Shown here piece by piece: positions 51,029 to 63,987 of a DNA stretch of 64,000 bases (positions are counted from its first letter, which is position 1; each line of letters begins with the position of its first letter). Below the pieces are notes generated by a model that was not told the origin of the DNA, did not search any database, and saw only the letters and a program-made list of their open reading frames with translations. Made by a program: the position numbers and the translations under genes. Source of the stretch: a virus (taxonomy: Duplodnaviria > Caudoviricetes); IMG/VR virus record IMGVR_UViG_3300021255_000054, one strand, 5' to 3'.

Positions 51029-52603
51029 ATGACTCTATCCGATATGTCTGCTTATAAGCAAATTATCGGTTGCTTAATATACAAACCTCTTTTATTTTTG
51101 GAATATCCTGAACTACAAGTTACAGATTTTGATTATAGACCTGCAAAGGTTATATTTAATACAATTTATAAATTATATCTTGCTGGCGCGAAAGAATTAT
51201 CTCCGGTTGAAATAGACCAAGAAATTGAACAAAATGGCGGTTTAGCCTTACAGGAGTATCGCAATGGTGGTTTGGATTTTCTTAAAACTTCATATGAGAT
51301 TGCTCAATTAAGCAACTTTGATATGTATTATAATAGAATAAAGAAATGTGCATTATTAAGAAAATTACAGCAAGCAAAATATGATATTAGTGAATTTTAT
51401 TTAGAAGATACCGATCCAGCAAATGAAGCAAAGTTAAAACAGAAATTAGAAAATGCAACATTAGAAGATATCTTAAATGCGGTTGAAAAGAATTATTCTG
51501 AGATTAGAAATGCTTTTCTTAATGGCGGCAGAACGAAAGGTGATCCAGCAGAAGGAATTTTTCAGTTAATTGATGACTTATAGAAGTCGCCAAGTATTGG
51601 GCCAAGCTTAGAAGGAAAAATATTTAGTACAGTATGCAGAGGGGCAAGAGATGGATGTTTCTTCTTAAAAAGTGCTAGTACTTCATGTGGTAAAACACGT
51701 ACCAGTGTATTTGATGCTTGCCATTTAGCTTATCCAATTAGATGGTCCGCGACGAAGCACGCATTTATTGAAGAACTTCAACCTGATGAAGAGCCACGTA
51801 TTCCGCGTAAAGTATTATTTATTGTAACTGAAATGGATAAAGAAGAACTTCAAACTATGATGCTTGCATATTTGTCTGGAGTAGACGAAGACCATATCTT
51901 AACTGGATTATATGAAAGGGATGAATTAAAAAGAGTAAAAACCGCCGCAAAAATTATTGAAAAATATAGTGGTTATTTTATTATTGAAGAGATTAGTGAG
52001 CCGAATTTACAGAATGTTGAAGCAACTATACGTAAGTATGCTACAGTAGATAATGTAAAATATATCTTTTTTGATTATATTCATACAACTGCGAGTCTAG
52101 TGGCACAATTCAGTAAGAACGGACTTAGAGAAGATGTTGTACTTATGCTTCTTGCGAATCAGTTAAAAGAGCTTGCAAAAACATATAATGTATTTATCTT
52201 CTCTGCCACACAAGTAAATTCATTTGCAATGGGTGATGAAGAAATGGGATTTAAAGATGAAAAAAGTATTCGTGGTTCAAAAGCTGTTGCAGATAAATGT
52301 GATATGGGTTATGTAATGACTCGCATATCTGAAAAAGGATGGAATAGTGTTTTACCAGTGTTAAAGATTGCAGCAAGAGAAGGAATTATTGACCCATCTT
52401 TCTTAGAAAATAAACCAACTCATATTTTAGATATTTATAAAATGCGGCGTGGCCGCTATAAAATGATTCGTATTTGGACTCGTATTCATTTAGGAACAGG
52501 AGAGCGAGAAGATTTATTTATTACAAGTGCAGATAATCAACCATTAAATGAGCCATTAGATTTATTTTCAAGTGCCTCAGAAAGAGTGATTGAAATAGAA
52601 TGA
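51029..52603 (+). CDS. DnaB-like replicative helicase (1 TAG at 51581)
   Basis: SASTSCGKT, TEM, FFDYI, ATQVN, IRGSK, KMRRG; halves in frame. Confidence 0.9.
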
Positions 52604-53721
52604 TTGATACTTTACAAGGATTAGATCCAGAATTAGAATTTTATAATATATCATTACAAGATATTGTAAATTCAATAACACTTAAAGATGTAGAAACATT
52701 TTTACGAAGTCTTGGTGTAGAACAAATTGCTGTATATGAAGATAAAGGGTATTTGGTATGTCCAACAATTTGTCATAATCCATTAGATGAAGCCGAATCA
52801 ATGAAGTTATATTGGTATCAAAATAATAAGATATTTAGATGTTACACTGAATGTAATGAAGCAATGTCTATTTTTACTCTTTATCAAAGAGTAATGGATA
52901 TTAATTATCATGAAGTAAGCTTTGAAGAAGCAGTTGATTATGTTAAGAAATGTATCGCGCATTTAGAAATTAATACAGAAGAACGTAAGAAATCAGAACT
53001 TGACTTAGAGAAATATCAATTTGATTCTTCCGTACCGATTTTAACTGAATATAAAAGTAATATTTTATCATACTTTACAAAAAAGTATCATCCATTATGG
53101 TTAAAAGATGGTATTACACGAAAGTCAATGGATAAATTTCATATAGGCTTTTCACTTGCACAAAATAAAATATCAATACCACACTTTGATATAAATGGTA
53201 GGCTGGTAGGCATTCGCGGGCGAGCTATTAATGAAGATGAAGCCGCATTATTTGGAAAGTATAGACCAATACAAGTTGGCGATACTTTATATGCACATCC
53301 ACTACATTTTAACTTATATGGAATATATGAGCATCAGAATGGGATCCGCGCGCGAGGAAGCGCAATAATCGCTGAGGGTGAAAAATCAGTATTGCTTGAC
53401 GATGGGTATTATGGTGATTTAAGTAATACTGTAGCTTGCTGCGGTTCAAATATAAATAAGTATCAAATTAACTTATTAACAAATGTATTAGGAATTAATG
53501 AAATTACTATTGCATTTGATAAAGAATATACAGATTGGCGCACAGAGCAAGCGCGAAAATATAGAGAAAAAATTGAAAGTATTTGTAGAAAATATAGCAG
53601 TCAAGCTATTTTCTATTATATATGGGATATAAATAATTTATTAAATGAAAAAGATTCACCTTTTGATAAGGGAAAAGAAGTATTTGAAGAATTATATAAA
53701 CATAGAATTCGGGTGAGATAA
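52600..53721 (+). CDS. DNA primase
   Basis: TICHN..CYTEC Zn finger; IRGR, AEGEKS, AFDKE TOPRIM, KDSP. Confidence 0.9.
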   Translation: MIDTLQGLDPELEFYNISLQDIVNSITLKDVETFLRSLGVEQIAVYEDKGYLVCPTICHNPLDEAESMKLYWYQNNKIFRCYTECNEAMSIFTLYQRVMDINYHEVSFEEAVDYVKKCIAHLEINTEERKKSELDLEKYQFDSSVPILTEYKSNILSYFTKKYHPLWLKDGITRKSMDKFHIGFSLAQNKISIPHFDINGRLVGIRGRAINEDEAALFGKYRPIQVGDTLYAHPLHFNLYGIYEHQNGIRARGSAIIAEGEKSVLLDDGYYGDLSNTVACCGSNINKYQINLLTNVLGINEITIAFDKEYTDWRTEQARKYREKIESICRKYSSQAIFYYIWDINNLLNEKDSPFDKGKEVFEELYKHRIRVR

Positions 53722-53886
53722 TGGAATTTGATTTAAAATTAGAAGAAAATAAAACATGCTGGTTATATAAATATAATTGTCCATGCAGAACTGGAGGATG
53801 TTATGGCTTACCAGATGATGGATGTCCAGTATATAGATGGTTTAAAGAAGTAATTAATTATCAAGAACGGGGAGCAATGGTGTGTA

Positions 53887-55659
53887 ATGAAGTATCGATT
53901 AAGGTGTAATTATACGACAGACGCAGAAGAAGCATTAATAGATATTCTAAAAGATCGTGGAGTTAAAAATGTTCATGAGTTTATGAATCCATCAAAGTCA
54001 TGTGAATTAAATCCATATGACTTAGATAATATTGATAAAGCCGCGGAACAATACCTATATCATCTGCGCAAAGATAGTAATATTTTATTTATTGTAGATT
54101 GCGATTGTGATGGATTTACAAGTTCTAGTATTCTATGGCTATATACAAAGCATATATTTCCAGAAGCTAAGCTTGAATTTACTGTCCATACTCATAAACA
54201 GCACGGCTTAGATGATAAGATAGATTGGATTGAAGATGAATCTAAATGGGATTTAGTTATGGTACCTGATGCCGGAAGTTATGATGTAAATGAACATTTT
54301 AAACTTGGACAGCTAGGTATGGATTGTATTGTACTAGATCATCATATGTAGGAATATGATAAAAATGGAAATCCAATTACTTCAACAGCACCTAATACAA
54401 TCGTTGTAAATAATCAGTTATCACCTAATTATGATAATAAATCATTATGTGGCGCCGGTATTGTTTATAAATTTTGTGAAGTATTAGATGATAAATTAGG
54501 TATTAGTCAAGCACATAATTATATTGACTTAGCTGCTTTAGGTGAAATCGCTGATGTTATGGATAGAACTGATTCTGAAACTAATTATATTATGATGGAA
54601 GGACTAAAAAATATCCATAATGAGGGCTTTAAGACTTTGCTCGCAGCGCAAGCTTTTTCCTTAAAAGAAAAGTGCGTACCTCCATATACAGGGCTAACTC
54701 CTATTGATATCGCATTCTATATCGCGCCTTTAATTAATGCAATTACACGTGTAGGGTCTATAGCAGAAAAAGAAGCAATGTTTTATTGTTTTATTGAACC
54801 TATGAAGCCTCTACAAAGCACCAAGCGTGGCGCAAAAGCCGGAGAAACTGAGTATGCCGCCGAACAAACTGCGCGCGTAGGAAAGAATGCTAAGTCCCGT
54901 CAAGATAGATTAAAGGAACAAGCTTTAGGAATTATTGATTTCAAAATTCAAAAAGATGGTTTAGCGGATAATAACATTATTCTAGTTGAATTAGATGCTA
55001 TGGATAATGTACCACAAGAATTAACTGGTTTAGTTGCGATGAATATTGTATCTAAATATCATAAGCCAGTTATGATTGGTCGCCGAAATGATAATGATGA
55101 GATTCAGGGAAGCATTCGTTCTGATGGGAATTTCGCCGGGCTACCAAGCTTTAAGAAATTTTTAGAGGACAGCGGTTTAACTACTTATACTGCTGGGCAC
55201 GATAATGCCGCTGGTTGGGGATTAAGTGGTAATAAAGTAGAATCTTTAATTAAGTACGCTAATACTCATCTTAAAGCAGAAGATTTTGAAAATTGTTATC
55301 TTGTAGATTATATCTTAAAAGGTGAAGGACATAATGATGCCCTATTGCGCGAACTAGCTTCGCATCCAGAATATTTCGGGAATCATATTGACGAAATTAA
55401 ATTAGTAATTGAAGATATTCCACTAATGAATATTATGCCTATGGGCGCAAATAAAGATAGTATGAAAATTTCATATAATGGAATTGATTATGTGCGCTTT
55501 AAAGATGAAGATTTCGTAGAAGAAGTAATGCAGAATCGTACTAAAAAACTTACTGTTTATGGGCGTGTAAATTTAAATACATTTAATGGTAAAACTAGTA
55601 TTCAAGTATTTATTGATGATTATGAATTAAAAGCAGATGAGCATAAATATGACTTTTAA
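53887..55659 (+). CDS. recJ: RecJ-like ssDNA exonuclease (1 TAG at 54349)
   Basis: DCDCDG, PDAG, LDHH, CGAG, ADVM, GSIR, AGHDNAAG; halves in frame. Confidence 0.9.
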
Positions 55660-55773
55660 AAAAAATTGATTGACAAAAAATGAAATTTGTAGTATAATTG
55701 ATATAGATAAAGAAGGAGCAGTGAATATGATAAAAAATGTGCGTAATGAAGCGCGAAAGGAGGTGGTGCCTGT

Positions 55774-58700
55774 ATGAAGATGACTTACCCTGGAAGTCTT
55801 CATAATTAGGAGCCATACACATTATAGTAATGAAACCCTTCGTGACTGTATCAATCGAGTAGAAGATTTGATTGATCTGGCAATTAACTTAGGTCATGAA
55901 TGTGTTGCAATCACTGACCATGAAACGATATCAAGTTATATTAAGGCAGAAAAGTATTATAAGAAGATTAAAGAAACGCATCCAGACTTTAAATTAATTC
56001 GTGGTAATGAGATTTATCTTACTCGTAATGGTTTAACGGCGAAGAATTTTGATAGGACAAAAGATAGGTATTTTCACTTTATTCTTCTTGCAAAAGACAA
56101 GATTGGATATAAGCAAATTTGTCAATTATCAACAAGAGCATGGCACCGTTCATATATGAGTCGGCGCCAGCGTAGACGTCCAACTTATTATCAAGATTTA
56201 AAAGATATTGTAAAGCCAGATAAAGGGCACTTGATTGCGTCAAGTGCCTGTTTGGGTTCTCAGTTGGATAGATTCTTACTTCAATATATGGATACTGGTG
56301 ATGAAGAATTTTATGAAACGGCAAAACGTTGGTGTTTATATATTGAAGATATTTTTGGTAAAGGAAATTTCTATTTGGAGATGCAACCTTCAAATGGAAA
56401 AGAACAAATCTTTGTTAATAAACAATTATTAAGAATTAGTAAAGAACTTGGTATTAAATATATTATAACAACCGATAGTCATTATGGGCGGCCGGAAGAA
56501 GCTAAAATTCATGAAGCATTTCTTAATTCACAAGATGGTGATAGAGAAGTTAAATCATTCTATGCGACAACGTATATGATGAGTGATGAAGAGATTCATA
56601 GTTTCTTTCCATATCTATCTGAAGAAGAAATTGAAGCTGCATATAGCGCGATTAGAGAGATTAAAGATAAGTGTGAAGATTTTAGTGTATTGAAACCATT
56701 GAAGATTCCAAGTTTACCTTGGCGTGATTTTCCAATTTGTCAGCTCGATGAATTTAAATATTATTATAAACAAATGCCAGCTATCAAAGAATTTGCACAT
56801 TCATCATATTATGCTGATAATCAATTAGTATGGGCACTACTTGATGGCATTAAGCGGCATCCAGATCTTCAAAATGAAAAAGCGTATAAAGCATTAAATG
56901 AATGTCTTGAAATGACTTGGGAATCTTCACAGGTTAATAAAGCGCAGTGGTCAGCATACTTCTTAAATCTACAAAAGATTATAGATGAATGTTGGAATGC
57001 GGGAACAATTGTTTTACCAGCGCGCGGATCAGGTATGGGATTCGTGCTTCTATATGCGCTTGATATTATTCAAATTAATTGTCTACGTGAAAAGACGAAG
57101 ACGTATCCTTGGAGGTTTCTTAATCCTGCTCGTGTATCAGTACTTGATATTGATGTAGATATTGAAGGCGTCCGTAGAGCACAAGTATTAGAGCATTTAA
57201 GAAGAACTTATGGTGAAAATCGAGTATCTAATGTTGCAACATTCAAAACAGAAAAGTCAAAGTCGGCAATTCAAACTGCATGTAGAGGATTGGGTATAGA
57301 TGTAGATGAAGCATCTTATATTTCAAATTTAATTCAAGCAGAACGTGGCCAAGTATATACATTAAAGCAAACTTATTATGGCGATGAAGATAATGGTATC
57401 GCACCGAATCAAGCATTTATTACAGAAGTAAATAAGTATCCAGGCTTATGGGAAGTCGCTCAGAGAATTGAAGGACTTATCTGTGGGCAAGGTATTCACG
57501 CTGGCGGCGTAGTATTTACAGATGAAGATTTTACGGAATCAAGTGCTTTAATGCGTGCGCCCGATGGCACGATTATTACACAATTTGAATTACATGACCT
57601 TGAAGATGTTTCAATGATTAAGATGGACTTATTGAGCGTTGAAGCTGCGGATAAGATTCATACTTGCCTTGATTTACTAGTTGAACAAGGCTATATTAAA
57701 GAGGGAAAAAATCTTAGAGAAACATATGAAGATGCACTTGGTGTATATAAAATAAATCGTGATGATAAGAAAATGTGGGATATGGTACAAAATCATGAAA
57801 TTGTGTCATTATTCTAGATGGAACAACAGAGCGGTATTCGTGGTATCTCATTAACACATCCACGAAGTGTCGATGAATTAGCAGTTCTTAATTCGGTTAT
57901 TCGTCTAATGGCAACTGAAAAAGGTGCGGAAAGTCCATTGGATAAGTATGCGCGCTTTAGGGAACGGCCGCAGGATTGGGATAGAGAAATGATTCAGATG
58001 GGTTTGACTGATGAAGAACGTCAGATTATGCATCGTGAATTAGATATTTCTGATGGTATGTCCATTACGCAAGAGCAATTTATGCAACTTGTACAATTAC
58101 CAGAATGCGGCGGCTGGGATCTACAGTTTGCAGATAAGTTAAGAAAGTCAATAGCAAAGAAGAATCCTAAAGAGTATGATGCCTTAACAAAACAATTCTT
58201 TGATAATGTAAAAGAAAAAGGATTAAGTGAAAAGTTCTGTAATTATGTATGGAATATTGAGATTGCGTTAAGCCGTGGATATGGATTTAACGCAGCACAT
58301 ACGTATTCATATTCCATTGTAGCATTACAAGAAATGAACCTTGCACGATTCTTCCCAATTATCTTCTGGAATACAGCAAACCTTATTGTAGATAGTGGCG
58401 GTATTCAAACAGTTGAATACGACGAAGATGGAATAGCTTCGATAGTAGTTGAAGCCGAACCTGATGAGGATGCAGAAGAAGAAGAGGAAGAACAAGAAGA
58501 ATGGGAAGAAGAAAATGAAATAACTGAAGACGAGAAGGAAGAGAAGAAAAAAGAAAAAACCAAAAATATTGATTATGGTAAGATTGCATCTGCGATTGGA
58601 AGATTCAGTACTTATGGAATTACAGTATCGCCGCCGAATGTAAATGATTCATCTTATACTTTTACTCCGGTAGTAGATAAGAATGAAATTTTATATGGAT

Positions 58701-59755
58701 TACGTGGTATTACAAGATTATCTACTTCAATTATTAAAGACATTATTGAGAAGCGTCCATTCACTTCTATTGATGACTTTTTAAATCGTGTTAAATTAAA
58801 TAAGGTTCAAATGACAAATCTAATTAAGTGTGGCGCCTTTGATGAATTAGTAGGTTTGCCGCGCGAAAAAATAATGTCAGATTATATTGGACGTATCGCA
58901 GATAAGAAGCAGAGATTAACATTACAGAATATGCAAATGCTTATCAATTATGATTTAATTCCAGATGAAATGACATATTATGGTAAGTTATTTATGTTTA
59001 ATAAGTTCTTAAAGACTTGTAAACAAGATGATGATTATATGTTAAATGATGCAGCAATTAACTTTATTGCTGAACATTTTAGTGCAGATTATATTAGTAA
59101 TGGTATGTCTATTAAACAAAATGTTTGGGATAATCTATATAAAAAAGGTATGGAACCAATGCGAGTATATTTAAAAGCGCATCAAGTAGAAATGTTAAAA
59201 GTATTAAATGATACTTTATATAATGAGATGGCAAATAAATATGCGTCTGGCAGTGTATCGCACTGGGAAATGGAATCAGTATCATTTTATAGTCATCCGC
59301 ATGAACTTGCCGAAGCTCAATATTTATATGATGATTTCTTTACATTACCAGAAGCGCCAGAAATTGATTATACTTTTACTGGTAGAGATGGTAATGAGAT
59401 AAGAGTATATAAGTTAAGAAAAATTATTGGAACTGTAATTGATAAAAATAAGATGAAAAATACAGTAACATTATTAACTCCGACAGGGGTAGTAAATGTT
59501 AAAGTATATAAAAATCAATTTGCAATGTTCGATAAACGATTATCTCAAAAAGGTGCAGATGGCCGCAAGCATGTGTTAGAAAATAGTTGGTTTTCACGTG
59601 GAACATTGTTAATGATTCAGGGAATTAGGCGTGAAAATGACTTCATTCCCAAGAAGCGGAAAGATAGTTTTTATCCTGTAATTTCTAAGATTACGGCAAT
59701 GCATGAAGATGGTACATTAGAATTTCAGACAGAAAGATTGGAGGTGGTAGAATGA
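55774..59755 (+). CDS. dnaE: DNA polymerase III alpha subunit (TAG at 57815; 7-nt gap at 55807-55813)
   Basis: PHP LHN/HTHYS, TDHE, RGSG, DIDVD, HAGG, KMDLL, F(Q)MEQ, YGFNAAH. Confidence 0.92.
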
Positions 59756-60846
59756 TAGGTTTAGTTGACCTTCAGCTATAGCAATGGAATAAGTAGTTGC
59801 TATGTCCTCCTAATCTTGAAATAATGAAAATTGCTAATTATTATCGTACAGAAGAGAATAAGTTTTGCCGCCTTATAAACTTAGATGAAACTGAACTTGA
59901 ATCATATGATAAGATTTATATATTCAGTGAATCTACAGCATATACTGAAGTACCTGAACATTTTAAGCGTGCTTCGAATGTCTTATATGGCGGTACTGCT
60001 TTTACTAATGATGTGTATGTACCTTTTGAAAATTCAATTATAGATTATACATTGCCGCATACTTTTATTTATAAAGAGTTTTTAAAAGAAAAGAATTTTG
60101 CAGGATTACCTATTAATGAGACATTAAATTTATTAGATAGTACATATTATAGATATCATGCGGGAGATAATATTCTCCCACTTCCGGTAATTCATAAAAG
60201 AAAGAAAGTGTATATCTATGATAATGACTTATTTCAACAAGATTGGCATCCTATTATTGATAAGATTCTTGCGCGCCAACCTTCATCAATTAATTTAATA
60301 CATCCTGCACGATATAACAAGATATCGGATTTTTTAGAAATACGAGAAAATAAAATAATTAGTCGTACTACTGATACTTACTTAGATTTGAATATTCCAC
60401 TTAATGAAACTTCAGTTTTAATGAAACATTATAAGACCAGATTATTGGCTACAATAACTAAAACTTCATAGGTATTTTTAACATTAGGTGGATCATTTTA
60501 TTATAGTACGGAATATTTTAAAGATTTAATTTATAAGTTAAAATTATTATATGCATTTTGGAGTAATAATATTCCAATTAAAATTAAGTATGAAATACCA
60601 AAAATTGGATGTTATAACCCATACAAAGATATATCTCAATTAATTGCTTCTTGGACGCAAGGAGAAACTAAAAATACAAAAACAATTTTGGAGCGCATTC
60701 CAAAAGATAAAAGTTTATCTAATCGGCGTCCTGAGCGCGAATAGGTAGAAGCAATTATTAAAAGACTTCCATCCGCAGAAACATTATTCCGTTAGACAGC
60801 AGAAACGGTTAAAAAAGGAGGAAACTGGTGTTATGGAAATAGATAA
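59752..60846 (+). CDS. hypothetical protein, N-terminus like phage radical-SAM-associated proteins (5 TAG)
   Basis: MIGLVD...PNLEIMKI..YY, GGT; open only with readthrough. Confidence 0.6.
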
Positions 60847-61039
60847 TATTAAAACAAAATATAGTGAGTTAAGCTCACAATTAAAACAAGCTTTAGCCAC
60901 TATGCAACGTAGTGATAGAGTATTTGTTATTAGAGATGAAATTAAGAGCTTACAAAATATGTGTCCGCATAGCAATGGTAATTATGATTTTTCTGATGCA
61001 GATTCTTGTCCATATTGCGGAAAAAAATTTAGGAAGTGA
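60833..61039 (+). CDS. small Zn-ribbon protein
   Basis: CPH..CPYCG. Confidence 0.65.
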   Translation: MEIDNIKTKYSELSSQLKQALATMQRSDRVFVIRDEIKSLQNMCPHSNGNYDFSDADSCPYCGKKFRK

Positions 61040-61044
61040 CATTA

Positions 61045-63324
61045 ATGGAATTGCTAATTAGAAAACGTACTGGCGAATTAGTACCATTTGATAAAGAAAA
61101 AATTCAAACAGCTATATGTAAAGCTTGGCATGATGTTTATCCTACTGAAACAGGAATGCCATCTTATTGTATAGAAATTGCTAATCTGATTGAATCAGTC
61201 GCAATTGAATTATCTGAACCTATGGATGTTGAAGATATTCAAGAGTTAGTTGAGGATTATTTAACAGATTATGATTTAAAGGTCGGAAAAGCATATATCA
61301 AGTATCGTTATAAGCACGGCGTGATGCGCGCAAATTCAACTGAATTTATTCGTGCTATTAGCGAAAAGCTTCGTGCTTCTAATGTACAAAATCAAAATGC
61401 AAATATAGATGAACATTCATTTGGCGGCAGAGTAGGAGAAGCTTCAGATGAAATGATGAAGCAATATGCATTAGATTATTGTATGTCTGATATGTCTAAG
61501 CAGAATCATTTAAATAATGAAATCTATATTCACGATTTAAGTGCATATGCAGTAGGAATGCATAATTGTTTAAGTATTCCATTTGATGATTTATTAGCTA
61601 AAGGATTTAATACAAGACAAACAGATGTACGTCCTGCTAATTCAATTAATACCGCGTTCCAGCTTGTAGCAGTTATATTTTAGCTTCAATCTTTAATGCA
61701 GTTTGGCGGCGTTAGTGCCACTCACTTAGATTGGACTATGGTGCCTTATGTGAGGAAGAGTTTTTACAAACATTATAAAGATGGATTGAAATACTTAGAA
61801 AATATCAATGAATTAAAAATAGTTGATGAAAATAACAATATAATTGATCTTAATACTATTGATTGGAACAGTAATATTATTGGCATAGAACATGCTAGAT
61901 TTGGCTCAGAAAAGGCATACAATTATGCAATGGAAATGACGGAACGCGAACTTCAGCAAGCGGTCGAGGGAATGTACCACAACCTTAATACACTTCAATC
62001 AAGAAGCGGGAATCAACTACCTTTCACGTCCATTAACTATGGCACCTGTACATTACCGGAAGGTCGTATGGTAATTAAAGCATTGTTAGAAGGTTCTATA
62101 AAGGGCGTAGGGAAGTATCATAAAACTCCTATATTCCCATGTGGTATTTTCCAACTTGGAAAGGGTATTAACCGCGCGCCCGGAGATCCAAACTATGACT
62201 TATATCAGCTTGCACTTGAATCTACTGCTAAACGTATTTATCCCAATTATGCTAATATTGATTGGTCTGGAAATGCAGGATACGATCCAAACGATCCAAC
62301 AACATATTTCAGCACAATGGGATGCCGTACAGCTAACGGCGCAGACATAAATGCAGAACCCGGTGTCAATCCACAACGTAAAGATGGCCGTGGCAATATT
62401 TGTCCAGTTACTATTATTATGCCAACGCTTGCAGCAGAAGTTAAAGAAGCCTATATTAATAAATATGGACTTGAAACCGCGCAAGAAGATGAAGCACATG
62501 TTGTAGATGCTTTTATTGGTTTATTAGATCAAAAAATTCATGAAGCAAAAGATATGCTAATTGAACGTTTCAATTGGATTTGCTCTCAATCTCCCGCATC
62601 CGCGAAGTTTATGTATGAAAATAATACAATGCTCGGCTATCATCCAGAAGAAGGAATCCGCTCAGCATTGAAGCACGGCACTATTGTTATTGGACAACTA
62701 GGACTTGCAGAAACACTTCAAATCTTAATTGGCTGTGACCATACAACTGAAAAGGGAATGGAGCTAGCTAAGAGAATTGAGCAGCTATTTAAAGATAGAT
62801 GTGCAGAGTTTAAAAAAGAATATAAGCTTAATTTCGGCGTCTATTATACTCCTGCTGAAAACCTTTGCTATACAGCAATGAAGAAGTTTAAAGCTAAGTA
62901 CGGTGAGATTGAAAATGTATCTGACCATGAATATTTTACAAATAGTATTCATGTACCAGTATGGCATGACATTTCAGTATTTGATAAAATTGATATTGAA
63001 AGTCAGTTAACTGGATATTCTAGCGCCGGATGTATTACATATGTAGAAGTTCCTTCTGGTGTAAAGAATAATATTCCCGCACTTGAAACCATTGTTAATT
63101 ATGCGATGGATCATGACATACCGTATTTCGCTTTGAACATACCGCTAGATATGTGTAATGATTGCGGCTATCAAGATGAAATTGGTGAAACCTGTCCTGA
63201 ATGTGGTAGTAAAAACATTTCAAGACTTAGACGCGTAACTGGATACCTTACTGGTTCCTATAAAGATGCTTTCAACTGGGGCAAGCAGAAAGAAGTTGAA
63301 GCAAGGGTTAAGCATATACACTAA
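61045..63324 (+). CDS. nrdD: anaerobic (class III) ribonucleotide reductase with ATP cone (1 TAG at 61681)
   Basis: ATP cone, YIHDL, HNC, AVIF(Q)LQS, MGCRT, TPAENL, YFTNS, RRVTGYL. Confidence 0.95.
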
Positions 63325-63815
63325 TGAGTAAGATTGCAGGAATCTATTGGGATGATACCGCGGCGGCGCCCGGTATCTCCCTCTCAGTGTATTTTTCGGG
63401 TTGCCATTTCCATTGCCCCGGATGCCACAATCCCGAAGCACAAGATTTTAACTATGGGCGCGAATATGATTTAGATATACGCCAAGAGATTATGCAGAAG
63501 CTTAATAAAAATGGAGTAATGCGTACATTAAGTATTCTTGGCGGCGAGCCATTAGCTGATGAAAATTTAGAAGATGTAATGAATTTAATTGGTTGGTGCA
63601 AGTTAGATTATCCAGATTTGAAAATTTACTTATGGACAGGTTATACAATGGAAGAATTAGAGAAGCGCGATAATCGTACTTTAGATCATATTTTACATAA
63701 TATTACCTGTTTAATAGATGGACGCTATGAACAAGATAAACGCGATACTACATTACCACTTCGAGGCTCTTCTAACCAACGAATAATTAATATGGAGAAA
63801 TATTATAATGAATAG
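63324..63815 (+). CDS. nrdG: anaerobic RNR activating enzyme
   Basis: GCHFHCPGCHN, LGGEP, DGRY, RGSSNQ. Confidence 0.95.
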   Translation: MSKIAGIYWDDTAAAPGISLSVYFSGCHFHCPGCHNPEAQDFNYGREYDLDIRQEIMQKLNKNGVMRTLSILGGEPLADENLEDVMNLIGWCKLDYPDLKIYLWTGYTMEELEKRDNRTLDHILHNITCLIDGRYEQDKRDTTLPLRGSSNQRIINMEKYYNE

Positions 63816-63987
63816 TCAAAATGATGCATTATTTAATTTCTTTTTAGATGGTTATAAAACATATTGTTTAAATAATAATATTGAATATAATTAGTCAAAC
63901 GCAATAAAAGAATTTATCCACTTTTGTCAACATGTTGATAAATTAGGAAATGAATATTTTAATTCTTCATATTTTCAAGGAGCATAA
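63808..63987 (+). CDS. small hypothetical protein (1 TAG)
   Basis: GGAG RBS; overlaps the nrdG stop. Confidence 0.45.

Noticed and set aside
57815-57820. Split dnaE, nrdD, recJ and helicase as pseudogenes or intein-split genes
   Set aside because: All halves are in frame across a single TAG, with no intein or intron sequence
7052-63441. Minus-strand ORFs throughout the track
   Set aside because: They are shadows of + strand genes with no motifs or RBS; the window is unidirectional
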